Assembly: GCA_043820815.1 (NCBI GenBank)
Contig: JBDRDJ010000025.1
Span: forward strand, 22,459 to 86,458
Source: Candidatus Omnitrophota bacterium
GTDB lineage: Bacteria > Omnitrophota > Gorgyraeia > Duberdicusellales > 4484-171
Reading direction: 5' to 3'
Length of the DNA stretch: 64,000 nucleotides
Shown: positions 10,155 through 19,508 of the stretch, one piece after another
How positions within the stretch are numbered: the stretch's first letter is position 1
Layout: each line of letters begins with the position of its first letter
Position numbers and translations under genes: made by a program
Notes under the pieces: model-generated
Told to the model about the DNA's origin: nothing
The model's input: the letters and a program-made list of their open reading frames with translations, nothing else
Databases searched by the model: none

Positions 10155-10789
10155 CTTTGTTTCTTTAATATAAAAAACTTGTGGAATGGATTCTCAAAAA
10201 CATTGAATGATTTAATTATTGAGAACCCTGAGCCTGTTATGCTTTTGGTTATTTTCTCTAACGGAAAGCCGCCTCTGCCGATCTCCCAATAGTGAACTGT
10301 TCCTTTCTCGCCGTGATAAGCTTTAAATCTGGGAAGGCGGAATATAATTTTGCAGCAGCCTATTTTAGGAAGTTTAAAGCTAAAGGGATAAATTCTTGTT
10401 GAATCAGGAATGCTTATAACTGCATTTTTTCTTGCCACTCTTTTAATTTCCTTCAATGCCTTTAAGAATTCTTCAAAGGGAAGGTGCTCAAGAGTTTGAC
10501 AGCAAGAAACCAAATCGAATGAATTATCGCCAAAGGGTAGACAGCACACATCAGCCACAACATCAGGGTTTAGGCGTTTTTCGCAGTCAACACCGGTAAC
10601 ATTTAAGCCGTTTTTTTTCAGATAATCATAAACAAATTTGTTTCCCACACCTGCTTCAAGAACGCTTGAGGGGGTAAGGGCGATAATTTCGTTAATTTGA
10701 TGCCAGTAACTTGAGAACCTTTCCTTCGTGTCATATTTTAAGGTTAGGTAATCCTTGAGTTTAAGCTGTTGTTCTTTTTGTATATCCAT
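10151..10789 (-). CDS. SAM-dependent methyltransferase (Methyltransf_11-like)
   Basis: VLEAGVGNKF motif I-like, VTGVDC, and FDLVSCCQTLEHL. Confidence 0.65.
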   Translation of the reverse strand: MDIQKEQQLKLKDYLTLKYDTKERFSSYWHQINEIIALTPSSVLEAGVGNKFVYDYLKKNGLNVTGVDCEKRLNPDVVADVCCLPFGDNSFDLVSCCQTLEHLPFEEFLKALKEIKRVARKNAVISIPDSTRIYPFSFKLPKIGCCKIIFRLPRFKAYHGEKGTVHYWEIGRGGFPLEKITKSITGSGFSIIKSFNVFENPFHKFFILKKQR

Positions 10790-10828
10790 TAATTACCCCG
10801 CTTTTTTTAAGAGATTTTTTCGAAGATG

Positions 10829-12334
10829 TTATTTTTTAAACGTGGTGAAAATGTGCGCGAAGCCGGGAAAAGTTGAGCCTAAAATATTTTTGACGGTAAA
10901 TCCAAAATGCCTTCCAAATAGAAAAATAATGCTTGAGTAGACAAACAAAGCCGTAAAAAAAGAACTGACGATACTCAATGTTCCCGGGGCAGTTATATTT
11001 CTTACAAACAATGCTAAAACCATTGAGCCTGTTGCGGCCGCTAAAATAAAACCGGTTATTTTTAGAAATAAAACCGCAGGGCATTCAATTATTTTCATAC
11101 ATTGAAAGCAAAACCCAATATTTGAGACAAATATGCTTAAAAGCACGGCATAAGCCGCGCCAATCGTTCCCCATATTAAAATAAACGGGATAGCTGCAAT
11201 CAGCAATACTGCCAAGCGTACTACCTGCCAGAGCGTATCTATTCTAGGTTTGCCTGTTGCAAGGAATACTGTGCCTGAGGTTGCGGCAATTGAACGAATC
11301 ATCCCGGATAAGGTTAGTATCTGCATGGGTATAACCATGGGCATCCATTTCTGTCCAAGACAAATCGCAGTAAAGTCTTTTGCGAAAATTATAATGAAGC
11401 CGGCAACAGGGAATGCCATAATCGCGGTAACACGCAACACCCTTAAATAGGCTTCCTTTAAACGTTTTACATCCTTCTGCAGTTTAGAGTAGGCAGGCAA
11501 AGTTATATGTGAAATTATATGAGTTATTTCGCTTGTGGGTATGTTTGAAATTTTATAAGCCATCTGATAAAATCCTAAAGAAATTGCCCCGAGAATTCTT
11601 GCAACGATTATATCGTCGCTATGGGATATGAGAAACCCCAGTATGCTTGAGGATAAAACCCATTTTCCAAAACCGAAAAGTTCTTTTAATTTTCGGGCGC
11701 TAAGATTAAAACGGGGGCGGTAAGAATGAATTAGATAGCTTGAAATCAAACGTGTAAAATCTCTGGCAAGAACCCCGAAAACAAGCGCCCAAACATTTTT
11801 AAAAATAAAAGTAAAAATAAGCGCAATCGCGAAATCAGCTATTGTGCCGCTTAATTGATAAGCGAAGTATTTGTTGAATGTCAAATCCTTTTTAAAGCGC
11901 ACAACCGCTATATTGCTAAAACCTTGAAAAATCACCGATAGCCCTATGGCTCTAATTACCTGTACTGCCTCAGGGATTTTAAAAAGGCCTGCTAAGTAAG
12001 GGGCAAAAATATACAAAAGAGTAAACAAGAGTAATCCGCGGATAACCAAAAAACTCCAGGCAGAATCAAGATAGGAATCAATTGAACCTTCTTTTTGTAT
12101 AAGAGCCTGCATAAATCCTGATTCAGAAAAATTAAGAAGTGCATCGAGGGTTAAAAGAGCAATACCTAACAGGCCGAAATCAGAGGGCAGAAGTATTCTT
12201 GCCAGAATAATCAGCCGGATTATATTGAGCAGTTTCTCGATAGTTCTTAAGAAAATAACCCAGATGCCGCCTGATACAGCACGCCCGCTAATACTTTCCG
12301 GCCACGTTAAAGATTCATCTTTTATATAGCACAT
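10829..12334 (-). CDS. wzx: Wzx-type oligosaccharide flippase (MOP/polysaccharide biosynthesis protein family)
   Basis: 501-aa, roughly 12-14 TM protein. The N-terminus (LRTIEKLLNIIRLIILARILLPSDFGLLGIAL) is typical of this family. It sits in the glycan locus. Confidence 0.7.
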   Translation of the reverse strand: MCYIKDESLTWPESISGRAVSGGIWVIFLRTIEKLLNIIRLIILARILLPSDFGLLGIALLTLDALLNFSESGFMQALIQKEGSIDSYLDSAWSFLVIRGLLLFTLLYIFAPYLAGLFKIPEAVQVIRAIGLSVIFQGFSNIAVVRFKKDLTFNKYFAYQLSGTIADFAIALIFTFIFKNVWALVFGVLARDFTRLISSYLIHSYRPRFNLSARKLKELFGFGKWVLSSSILGFLISHSDDIIVARILGAISLGFYQMAYKISNIPTSEITHIISHITLPAYSKLQKDVKRLKEAYLRVLRVTAIMAFPVAGFIIIFAKDFTAICLGQKWMPMVIPMQILTLSGMIRSIAATSGTVFLATGKPRIDTLWQVVRLAVLLIAAIPFILIWGTIGAAYAVLLSIFVSNIGFCFQCMKIIECPAVLFLKITGFILAAATGSMVLALFVRNITAPGTLSIVSSFFTALFVYSSIIFLFGRHFGFTVKNILGSTFPGFAHIFTTFKK

Positions 12335-12405
12335 TTAAAAAGCATTAAATCATAATTTTTAATTCAAATTTATAAATTTCTTCACCGCGAAGAGTGCTTT
12401 ATGGG

Positions 12406-13770
12406 TTAATTGCCTGCTGTTTCTTTAGCAGGTATTAGAAACTTTGGCAAAACAACCACTATTGCCGCCAATGTCCAAAATGGCTCCATTATTCGTATTA
12501 TAATGAAAGTTGCCGCGCTAAAACTATGAATGATTAATCCCGCAAGCCCGGCGATAAAGCCTACGATAAGGCCGTGGGCTAAGGGATCATTAATGGATTT
12601 CTTAAGATTGATAAAAGCCTGTTTAAACATAATTATAATAATCCAGAAGAAAGTAAGCAGGCCGGGCAGGCCTGTTTCAACCAACAGGCGTGAATACTGG
12701 TTGTCAACCGTAGGCCCGGGGTTTCCTACGCCGTAGCCGTAAAGGGGTGATTTAGAGAAACGCTCAAAATTCTCTTTCCATGAATCAATGCGGGCAGCCA
12801 GAGATTTATCCGTTGAAATAATTTGCCCGAGGACTATCCGTTCGGCATGGCTGGAAAAAGTATAAAGTAAACGTTCGTAAACAAATCCGGGAAGGAAGAA
12901 TGAACACCAGATGACAAGAAGCACAAAAACTGCGAATATGATAAGCTTACCTCTTTTGCTAAGAACAAAGAGCATTATGTATGCAGGAATAAGCCCCAGC
13001 CATGATCCACGGGAGAGAGTAAAAAGAAAGGCCGGTAAGCTAAAAAAGAGGGTAATAAAAAGAAACAATCTGGCCTTAAGCGTCTTAACACTAAATAGCA
13101 GGCCGGCCGCAATCATGATTAGAAGGAGCAGGTATCCTCCTAAGGTATTGGGTTCGCCGAATTTTCCCTCAAAAGGCGCAGTAACTCTTGCATGCCCTGA
13201 AAAATGAAGGCCCCAGGCGTAAATGCTTATTGATAAAGTAACAAAGAGCATGATAAAAATAAATCTTACAGCCTGTTTGCGGGTTTGAATCAGATTTACA
13301 ACCATGAAAAACAGAAGGAAATATTCAATATATTTAGCATTGTAGAAGAAAGTTTCTTTTATGGTTACGTTTCCGGCTAAGACAGCTATGCATGAAGCAA
13401 TTGCCGATACTGTGACATAAGCTAAGATAGGAAGGTTTAAGGGGTTAAATTGAAGCACTGTGAGTTCTTTGTGAACCGCAATCCGCGCCAGCCAGCCAAA
13501 CAAAATTACAAGCAGTAATATATCGTCAATGCGGACAACAACGGATCTTCCCGGGACACCGCCTACGGCAATCTCAGGTGACAGAAGCATTGAAAAAAGA
13601 ATTATAAAAAGCGCGAAATCGGTATGGATGAAGGCTATAAAAAAGAAGATTAAACCAAAAAAAAATGCTAATGTTTTTAAGGAAATTCCGAAGGATAGAA
13701 AAGAAACTAAGAAACCTAGTATGCATAAAATAAATATAACATCTCTATTCAGCTGGGCGTTTCTTTGCAT
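12406..13770 (-). CDS. O-antigen ligase/polymerase family membrane protein (Wzy_C-type)
   Basis: 454-aa polytopic protein with LSRGSWLGLIPAYIML and a large loop containing HAER...D. Polymerase and ligase roles cannot be told apart from sequence. Confidence 0.65.
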   Translation of the reverse strand: MQRNAQLNRDVIFILCILGFLVSFLSFGISLKTLAFFFGLIFFFIAFIHTDFALFIILFSMLLSPEIAVGGVPGRSVVVRIDDILLLVILFGWLARIAVHKELTVLQFNPLNLPILAYVTVSAIASCIAVLAGNVTIKETFFYNAKYIEYFLLFFMVVNLIQTRKQAVRFIFIMLFVTLSISIYAWGLHFSGHARVTAPFEGKFGEPNTLGGYLLLLIMIAAGLLFSVKTLKARLFLFITLFFSLPAFLFTLSRGSWLGLIPAYIMLFVLSKRGKLIIFAVFVLLVIWCSFFLPGFVYERLLYTFSSHAERIVLGQIISTDKSLAARIDSWKENFERFSKSPLYGYGVGNPGPTVDNQYSRLLVETGLPGLLTFFWIIIIMFKQAFINLKKSINDPLAHGLIVGFIAGLAGLIIHSFSAATFIIIRIMEPFWTLAAIVVVLPKFLIPAKETAGN

Positions 13771-13847
13771 ACATTTTGTTTAGAAGCTTCGCTTTCAGAT
13801 ACAAATCTTAAATTTGCGGGCTATCGAGTACGGGTTTTTGCGCCTTT

Positions 13848-15803
13848 TTAGCCTTTCGTTTTTTGTTCTTTTTTGCCTTTTTTTTCTTTTGGCGGATAAG
13901 ATGTATAGCGATACCGATAGTAATACGGGTCAATGTTTGTAAACTCTATTTCAGGCTTTATGTGGTTGAGCGCAATACCGATAATTTTTGCTTTTGCGGT
14001 TTCAAGCTGGGATTTAGCTCTCAAAAGCGCTTGGCGCGAAGTTCTTCCGATTTCATAGCATAGCAAGACTCCGTCAACTTTAGGGGCAAGAATGCTTGCG
14101 TCTGCAACAGGAAGAACAGGCGGCGTATCAAGAAGGATAACGTCGTATGTCTTTTTTAATTTGTCTAAAAGGTCAGCCATTTCCTTGGAGTCTAAAATTT
14201 CAACGGGGTTTAGAGGAAGTGTTCCCGCAGGGATAAGGGATAAGTATTCCAAGCCGGGGTGTTTAAGCATATCGTCAATACCCATTTCGCCAAAAATTAT
14301 ATCAGAACTCCGCCTTAAAGCCTGCTCAAACGAAACTGTTCCCATAATGATTTCGCTTAAACCCGGTTTCTTGGCTAAGCCAAAAGTCTCCGCGATAACC
14401 GGGCGGCGCAGGTCAGCGGAGATAATTAGCGTATGCAGGCCTTCCTGGGTACAAGCCAAGGCTAAATTTACAAGAAAGGTTGATTTTCCCTCTTGCGGCC
14501 CGGCGCTTGTAACCATAAGGGTTTTTCTTGAAGCCGATATCTTGATGTTTGCTTTTGCATTTCGAAAAGCTTCTGCTATGGGAGAACTTGGCTGGTAATG
14601 GACTAAAAGGCGCAGAGACTTCTGCTCTTCATGGGTGAGTTTTTTAGGAAAGAGCAGGCGCTTGATTTTCTGAGCCATGGTCGCTTGTTTTGTTCGTTTA
14701 AAGGGAATAGAAGGAATTATGCCCAATACAGGAAGCTTGGTTAAACTTTCAACATCTTCAATCGTTCCGATAGATGTGTCTAATGATTCGCTTACAAAAG
14801 CGAGTACGACTCCCACAATCAGCCCTAAAAATCCGCCTACGATAACGCCGAGTCTAGACTGGATATTTTCCGCAGATACAGGCATGAGCGCAGGGTCAAC
14901 GATTGTCACATCAGGGGTTTTTTCCGCTTCTGTAATCCTTACCTCTTCCAGTTTTTCGCGCAGCATACCGTAAATTTTACGGTTCACCTCAACTTCCCTT
15001 TTAATCCTTGCGTATTCAAGGTCTTTTCCTGAAAGGCCGCTTAATTGTTTTTCGATGTCCTTTATCTGCTGTTTTAACTGCATGATTTTGGGGTGCTTTT
15101 CAGTGTATTTCTGGCGGAAAGAGGCGAGCTGGAAAGTGAGTTCGTTTAATTTGTCCTGTATGTCCTGGGCAATTATGACATTTGCAACTTTTTCGCCGAA
15201 TGACTTCAGCTCGTCCTCTGATTTTCTCAATCTTTCTTCCAGCAAGCCGAGCTGGTCCTCAATAAATTTACGGGCAGTTCGGGCCTGCTTGTTTTTTTCA
15301 AGGAGGTTTTCTTCAATGTAAGCGGTAGCAACGGCGTTGGCAAGCTGCATTGCGCCCTTTGGGTCGCTTGATGTTGCGGTAATTTTGATGATATTGGTAA
15401 AACCAATTCTTGTTGTTGTTACCTTGTTCTGCAGGCCTCCGACAACTTCATAAACTCTTTCAGGGCTGTCTTTTTCATTTAGCAAACCGGTATTAAGAGC
15501 AACGCGTCGTATGATCGGAAAACCTTTTACAACTTTAGTTTGAGTTTCCATCATGTCGCCGGGGTTGACCATAACCCATTCAGCCATCATGCCGCCTACG
15601 GTTTTTCTCTCGGTAACTCTTACGGTTGCGTTGGCAGTATAGGAAGGGGTTTGAAAAGATATGTATACGGCTGCGGATATTGCGAATAAAACAAATGAGA
15701 AAGCTATGAGAAACTTACGTTTTCGTATAACCCGGATATAGTCGCGTAATGTTAATTCATATTGTGCCATATTTATTTTTTTGGTCGCAAAAAAGTCTTG
15801 CAT
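13848..15803 (-). CDS. Polysaccharide co-polymerase / BY-kinase (Wzc/GumC-like) with chain-length-determinant domain
   Basis: Wzz-like N-terminus with TM and coiled-coil region. Walker A SAGPQEGKST, A' ISADLRRP, Walker B DVILLDTPP, and C-terminal Tyr cluster DPYYYRYRYTSY. The true start is probably the internal MAQYELTL. Confidence 0.85.
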   Translation of the reverse strand: MQDFFATKKINMAQYELTLRDYIRVIRKRKFLIAFSFVLFAISAAVYISFQTPSYTANATVRVTERKTVGGMMAEWVMVNPGDMMETQTKVVKGFPIIRRVALNTGLLNEKDSPERVYEVVGGLQNKVTTTRIGFTNIIKITATSSDPKGAMQLANAVATAYIEENLLEKNKQARTARKFIEDQLGLLEERLRKSEDELKSFGEKVANVIIAQDIQDKLNELTFQLASFRQKYTEKHPKIMQLKQQIKDIEKQLSGLSGKDLEYARIKREVEVNRKIYGMLREKLEEVRITEAEKTPDVTIVDPALMPVSAENIQSRLGVIVGGFLGLIVGVVLAFVSESLDTSIGTIEDVESLTKLPVLGIIPSIPFKRTKQATMAQKIKRLLFPKKLTHEEQKSLRLLVHYQPSSPIAEAFRNAKANIKISASRKTLMVTSAGPQEGKSTFLVNLALACTQEGLHTLIISADLRRPVIAETFGLAKKPGLSEIIMGTVSFEQALRRSSDIIFGEMGIDDMLKHPGLEYLSLIPAGTLPLNPVEILDSKEMADLLDKLKKTYDVILLDTPPVLPVADASILAPKVDGVLLCYEIGRTSRQALLRAKSQLETAKAKIIGIALNHIKPEIEFTNIDPYYYRYRYTSYPPKEKKGKKEQKTKG

Positions 15804-15881
15804 CCGCTTCGCGGATGAAAGATTGAAAAATCCTCACAGATATATCCTTGAACTTATTTTATTATATCAAAATTAATAGTA

Positions 15882-15910
15882 TTGACAAGGTATTACCTCT
15901 TTGATATCTT
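15882..15910 (+). promoter_or_regulatory. Candidate sigma70-type promoter for the ABC transporter pair
   Basis: TTGACA (15882-15887), 17-nt spacer, TATCTT (15905-15910). The GTG start at 15917 lies about 7 nt downstream. It lies in the divergent intergenic region with wzc. Confidence 0.3.
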
Positions 15911-15916
15911 TTAGAA

Positions 15917-16660
15917 GTGATTGAGTTACAAAATATTTCAAAATATTTCTTAACCAGAGAGAAAGCCCTTAATCTCTTTGCCCCGCCCAAAAAGGTAACT
16001 GCCTTAGAAAACGTTAACCTTAAAGTAAATAAAGGTGAAATCGCCGCGGTTCTTGGGCCAAACGGGGCAGGAAAAACCACACTGCTCAAGATTATGTGCG
16101 GCCTAATTATTCCTGACAGAGGGACAGTTACGGTTCAGGGAAGCTTAAATTACCTTTCCGGCGAAACATTCGGTTTCTACCCTCAGCTTACGGCATGGCA
16201 AAATCTCGAATTTTTCTCTGCTTTTTATAATTTACCCTCTCTTCTTCTTTGGCAGAGAGTGCAGGAATACAAGCACATAATAAGTTTAAGTGATTTTAAT
16301 AAGCCGTTCTGGAATTATTCAACCGGCCAGAAACACAGCCTTGCCATGCTTAGGCTTCTCGTTTTTGAGCCCGATATAATAATTCTTGATGAACCGACTA
16401 TTAATTTAGACCCTGATAATTCAATGAAGCTGAGAGGCATGCTCAGGCGTTTGTGTTCTGAATTTTCAAAAACAGTAATTTTTGCCACCCATTCACTTTA
16501 TGAGGCCGGGGAGATTGCCCAAAGAGTGGTCATTCTGCAACAGGGAAAACTGGTTTGCAATTGCGATATTTCCCGGCTGCAAAACCAAAACCCCTCGTCA
16601 GGGGGGCATCCCCTTGAAAAGCTTTATTTTGACAGCTTAAGAGAAATTAAAATCCAATAA
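15917..16660 (+). CDS. ABC transporter ATP-binding protein
   Basis: Walker A GPNGAGKTT, Walker B IIILDEP, H-loop ATHSL. The signature motif is degenerate (YSTGQ instead of LSGGQ). GTG start. Confidence 0.85.
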   Translation: MIELQNISKYFLTREKALNLFAPPKKVTALENVNLKVNKGEIAAVLGPNGAGKTTLLKIMCGLIIPDRGTVTVQGSLNYLSGETFGFYPQLTAWQNLEFFSAFYNLPSLLLWQRVQEYKHIISLSDFNKPFWNYSTGQKHSLAMLRLLVFEPDIIILDEPTINLDPDNSMKLRGMLRRLCSEFSKTVIFATHSLYEAGEIAQRVVILQQGKLVCNCDISRLQNQNPSSGGHPLEKLYFDSLREIKIQ

Positions 16661-17476
16661 ATGAATAAAACAGTAAGAAAAATTCTCATGTTCATCAAGC
16701 GGGATTTTTTGATAGCGGCAAGCTACCGCTTATCTTTTCTCTTAGATGCAATAACCATTCTCGCCTCGACAGCCACGTTTTTCTTTGTTTCCCGCCTTAT
16801 CCCCGCGGGAACTTCGGCTCACCTTAAGGAGTTCGGAGGAGATTATTTTTCCTTTGTCCTTATCGGCCTTGCCTTTAGCGGATACCTTCAGGCGGCGCTG
16901 CAAGGTTTTGCCCAAACTCTTTTGCATGAACAGTCTGAAGGGACTCTTGAAATACTTCTGCTTTCCCCAACTAAAATATCTACCCTTCTTGCCTGCGGGG
17001 CTGCCGCCAAGTTTACTCTTGCCACATTGCGCGTTGCCATATATTTCTTTTTAGGTTGGTTTATTTTCGGATTTTCTTTTGCCAGAATTAATGTCTTGTC
17101 TTTTTTAACAGTCTTGATTTTGACGGTTCTCAGCTTCAGTTCCCTGGGAATCATTTCTGCTTCATTTATTATTGTTCTTAAACGCGGGGACCCTGTGAGC
17201 TGGGTTACGGGAGGGCTATCAAGGCTTTTTGGCGGTGTTTTTTTTCCGGTTGCAGTTCTTCCCCCGATTCTAAAGAAAGTATCAGCCTTTATTCCCCTGA
17301 CTTATTCTTTGGATGGTATGCGTAAAAGCATCCTTCTTGGCGCAGGATTAGGCGATATCTTTCCCCAGGCTGCCATGCTTGCCCTTTTTTTTGCCGTGCT
17401 TTTTCCCGTAGGAACTCTCAGCCTCAAAAAGGCCCTTAATAAAGCCAAGAGAAACGGAAGCCTCCTCTATTCGTAG
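16661..17476 (+). CDS. ABC-2 type transporter permease
   Basis: 271 aa, about 6 TM segments, immediately following the ATPase (TAA then ATG). The 3' end overlaps the convergent minus-strand gene by 10 nt. Confidence 0.7.
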   Translation: MNKTVRKILMFIKRDFLIAASYRLSFLLDAITILASTATFFFVSRLIPAGTSAHLKEFGGDYFSFVLIGLAFSGYLQAALQGFAQTLLHEQSEGTLEILLLSPTKISTLLACGAAAKFTLATLRVAIYFFLGWFIFGFSFARINVLSFLTVLILTVLSFSSLGIISASFIIVLKRGDPVSWVTGGLSRLFGGVFFPVAVLPPILKKVSAFIPLTYSLDGMRKSILLGAGLGDIFPQAAMLALFFAVLFPVGTLSLKKALNKAKRNGSLLYS

Positions 17477-18609
17477 AATGGCTGAGAGTTGAGGGTGCGC
17501 AAGCCGCCGAGGGCGCGCCTTAAATAATGTTTGGCGGTAATTTTTTCAAAAGGGATATTGTATTTATGCACGAGCACCGATTTATCAGGCAGGAAAGTTC
17601 TCTTAATAAACTTCGTTTTGCTTGCAGCGCCCTCCTGGCTCAAGAAAAGAACTATGTAAGAGACGTATCTTTTTCTCGCCTTAAGAGCGGCGAGCTTACC
17701 CAATAGAATGTTGGAATAGGAAAAACTATCAATATCAAATAATTTTTTTTCAAAAATATTGTTAATAAGGTTCGCCGCGTAATAAAAATAAGGCTCAATC
17801 CTCCACTTCTTTGCCTTCTCATAAATACTGCCAAAAGCTATTTCGCTTTTATACACCGATAAAGCGCAAGCTAAATCCGCTAACAAAATTAACTTATTGA
17901 AACCATGCAGAAGGCCGTGAAAACAAAGGTGTAAAATTAAATCATCGGGCGATAAAACAAAAATATTTTTAGCGCAAACCCTGCTGGTTCCGGCGTTTTC
18001 CCAGATTTGTTTTATATCAATAGATTGGGCAAACCTTGCTACCGGCCAGGTTGAGTTAACAATATGCCAGTGGATATGCAAAAAGTAGGATAAGGGCAGA
18101 GGCGCTTTATACATTATGTTATTTATTGATCCATAAGATGACATTTTTAAGAAATTTTCTGCCCTGCTCAACGGCAAGTACCCCATAGAACAAAGAAGCT
18201 CATCGGTTTTGATAAGATCATGCCTCTTGATTAAAAGGTCTATGTCTGTCATCGGGCGAAGAGCGGGATTTTTATAGGCGTTTTCCATTAAGAAAATACC
18301 CTTAAGGGCAAGTAAATCAATGTTTTTTTGGGAGAAAATGCCGAAAAGTTTTTCACATTCCTGCATGAGAAAAATGTTTCTTGCCGCTGTTTTATAATAA
18401 CGCTCTTTGAGCAGGGCTTTAGCTTTTAAGGGAATTTTAGCGGTTAAATTATTTTCTTTCAATCTTTGGTAAAACAGCTCCCCAACCGATTCTTTAAGGG
18501 AAAGAAGAGTAAACTGTTCCCAGTTAAAATAACGGCGGCTTGCTTTTTGTAAAAAGAAACCGCTGTTAAAGCCTAAAAGAAAACTGATTAAGCATTGATC
18601 GGGTTTCAT
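17467..18609 (-). CDS. Uncharacterised-nucleotidyltransferase family protein (PF14907-like)
   Basis: LLALKGIFLMENAYKNPALRPMTDIDLLIKRHDL matches the family core. The start was moved to the internal ATG at 18609, which forms an ATGA overlap with the upstream stop. The track ORF extends to 18705. Confidence 0.7.
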   Translation of the reverse strand: MKPDQCLISFLLGFNSGFFLQKASRRYFNWEQFTLLSLKESVGELFYQRLKENNLTAKIPLKAKALLKERYYKTAARNIFLMQECEKLFGIFSQKNIDLLALKGIFLMENAYKNPALRPMTDIDLLIKRHDLIKTDELLCSMGYLPLSRAENFLKMSSYGSINNIMYKAPLPLSYFLHIHWHIVNSTWPVARFAQSIDIKQIWENAGTSRVCAKNIFVLSPDDLILHLCFHGLLHGFNKLILLADLACALSVYKSEIAFGSIYEKAKKWRIEPYFYYAANLINNIFEKKLFDIDSFSYSNILLGKLAALKARKRYVSYIVLFLSQEGAASKTKFIKRTFLPDKSVLVHKYNIPFEKITAKHYLRRALGGLRTLNSQPFYE

Positions 18610-19508
18610 TCTTCTTTGGCAAGTAGTTTTGAAAGTACTATTCTCTTTCGCCTTGATATTTTTTCTTCTGTGGCAAGCTGTCGGTCTATTTCTAAGACAG
18701 CGCATTTCTTAAAGCCCAGGCTTTGATAGAGATCCAAAGCTGCCTTGCTGTCAGAAAAAGCCAAAAGATTAACTTGTTTTGTCCCTTTCAAAGCGGCTAA
18801 TTCAACGGCCTTGTTGACAAGCCGGTTTGCGATACCGCATCTGCGGTAAGGCCAGTTAACCCAGGTTGAAAATATCCACCACCCTTTAAAATCAGGCTCG
18901 CTGTCGGGAAAAAAGCTCAATGTAACCCTGCCGATTATTTTAACGGCTTTTTTGGCGCGTATAGAAAAATCAGAAGGTGAAATATTTACGATTGAAAAAT
19001 CCTCATCTATTTTTACAAGCCTGCGGGCGATAAAGCGGTAAATTGATAAACCCTGAATGCGATAAAGGAGAAAAGCGGCAAGTTTCTTAAAACGCAATAA
19101 AGCTCTTGACAGAAAAAGGGCAGCAGTTTTCTTAAATTGCCCTGGTTTTCTTTCTACATGTATTGGATGGCTGTTGCGTTCAATTGCACAGACCCTGCCG
19201 ATTACATTTTCTAAGTCAACTGCTTCATCAGCGCCGTTTAAAGAATCGCCGCCGGTATAAATTAATATTTTCTCTTGTTCTTTCTCTATTCTTTTTATGC
19301 GGTGAATAACAGGGCATTTACCGTTTCTTAGAAAAAAAATAATTTCTCCCTCTTTCAAGGTTTCTTTTATGGGCTTTTCTAAGGTGAGGATATCGCCGTC
19401 TTTTATTGCCGGATGCATGCTTTTTCCTTTGGCTTTAAACCTTAAAAGCCTCGCATCATCCATTAAACGGGTGCTTATGTTTATAAAATCACGGGAGGAA
19501 CACTTCAT
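18606..19508 (-). CDS. S24/S26-type (SipW/Sec11-like) serine peptidase domain fused to GNAT acetyltransferase
   Basis: N-terminal KGKSMHPAIKDGDIL...VIHRIKRI (Ser and His/Lys peptidase motifs). C-terminal RRCGIANRLVNKAVELA...ALDLYQSLGFKK (GNAT motif A). Confidence 0.65.
   Translation of the reverse strand: MKCSSRDFINISTRLMDDARLLRFKAKGKSMHPAIKDGDILTLEKPIKETLKEGEIIFFLRNGKCPVIHRIKRIEKEQEKILIYTGGDSLNGADEAVDLENVIGRVCAIERNSHPIHVERKPGQFKKTAALFLSRALLRFKKLAAFLLYRIQGLSIYRFIARRLVKIDEDFSIVNISPSDFSIRAKKAVKIIGRVTLSFFPDSEPDFKGWWIFSTWVNWPYRRCGIANRLVNKAVELAALKGTKQVNLLAFSDSKAALDLYQSLGFKKCAVLEIDRQLATEEKISRRKRIVLSKLLAKEE

Noticed and set aside
14092-14598. Long plus-strand ORFs antisense to minus-strand genes (for example 14092-14598, 3386-3838, 31546-32037, 59933-60427, 60964-61452, 22529-22957)
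   Set aside because: Each lies wholly inside a minus-strand gene with clear family motifs. Their translations are Ser/Leu/Pro-rich shadow-frame sequences without motifs or RBS.
15801-15817. The hairpin CATCCGC-TTC-GCGGATG overlapping the annotated wzc start codon, as a translational control element
   Set aside because: The likely true start is the downstream MAQYELTL. That makes this a short 7-bp stem in the leader with no further supporting features, which is too weak to call.
17467-18705. The 412-aa version of the nucleotidyltransferase ORF
   Set aside because: The first 32 codons (MRCLRNRPTACHRRKN...) overlap the upstream gene by 100 nt and look non-protein-like. The internal ATG at 18609 forms a typical ATGA coupling with the upstream stop.
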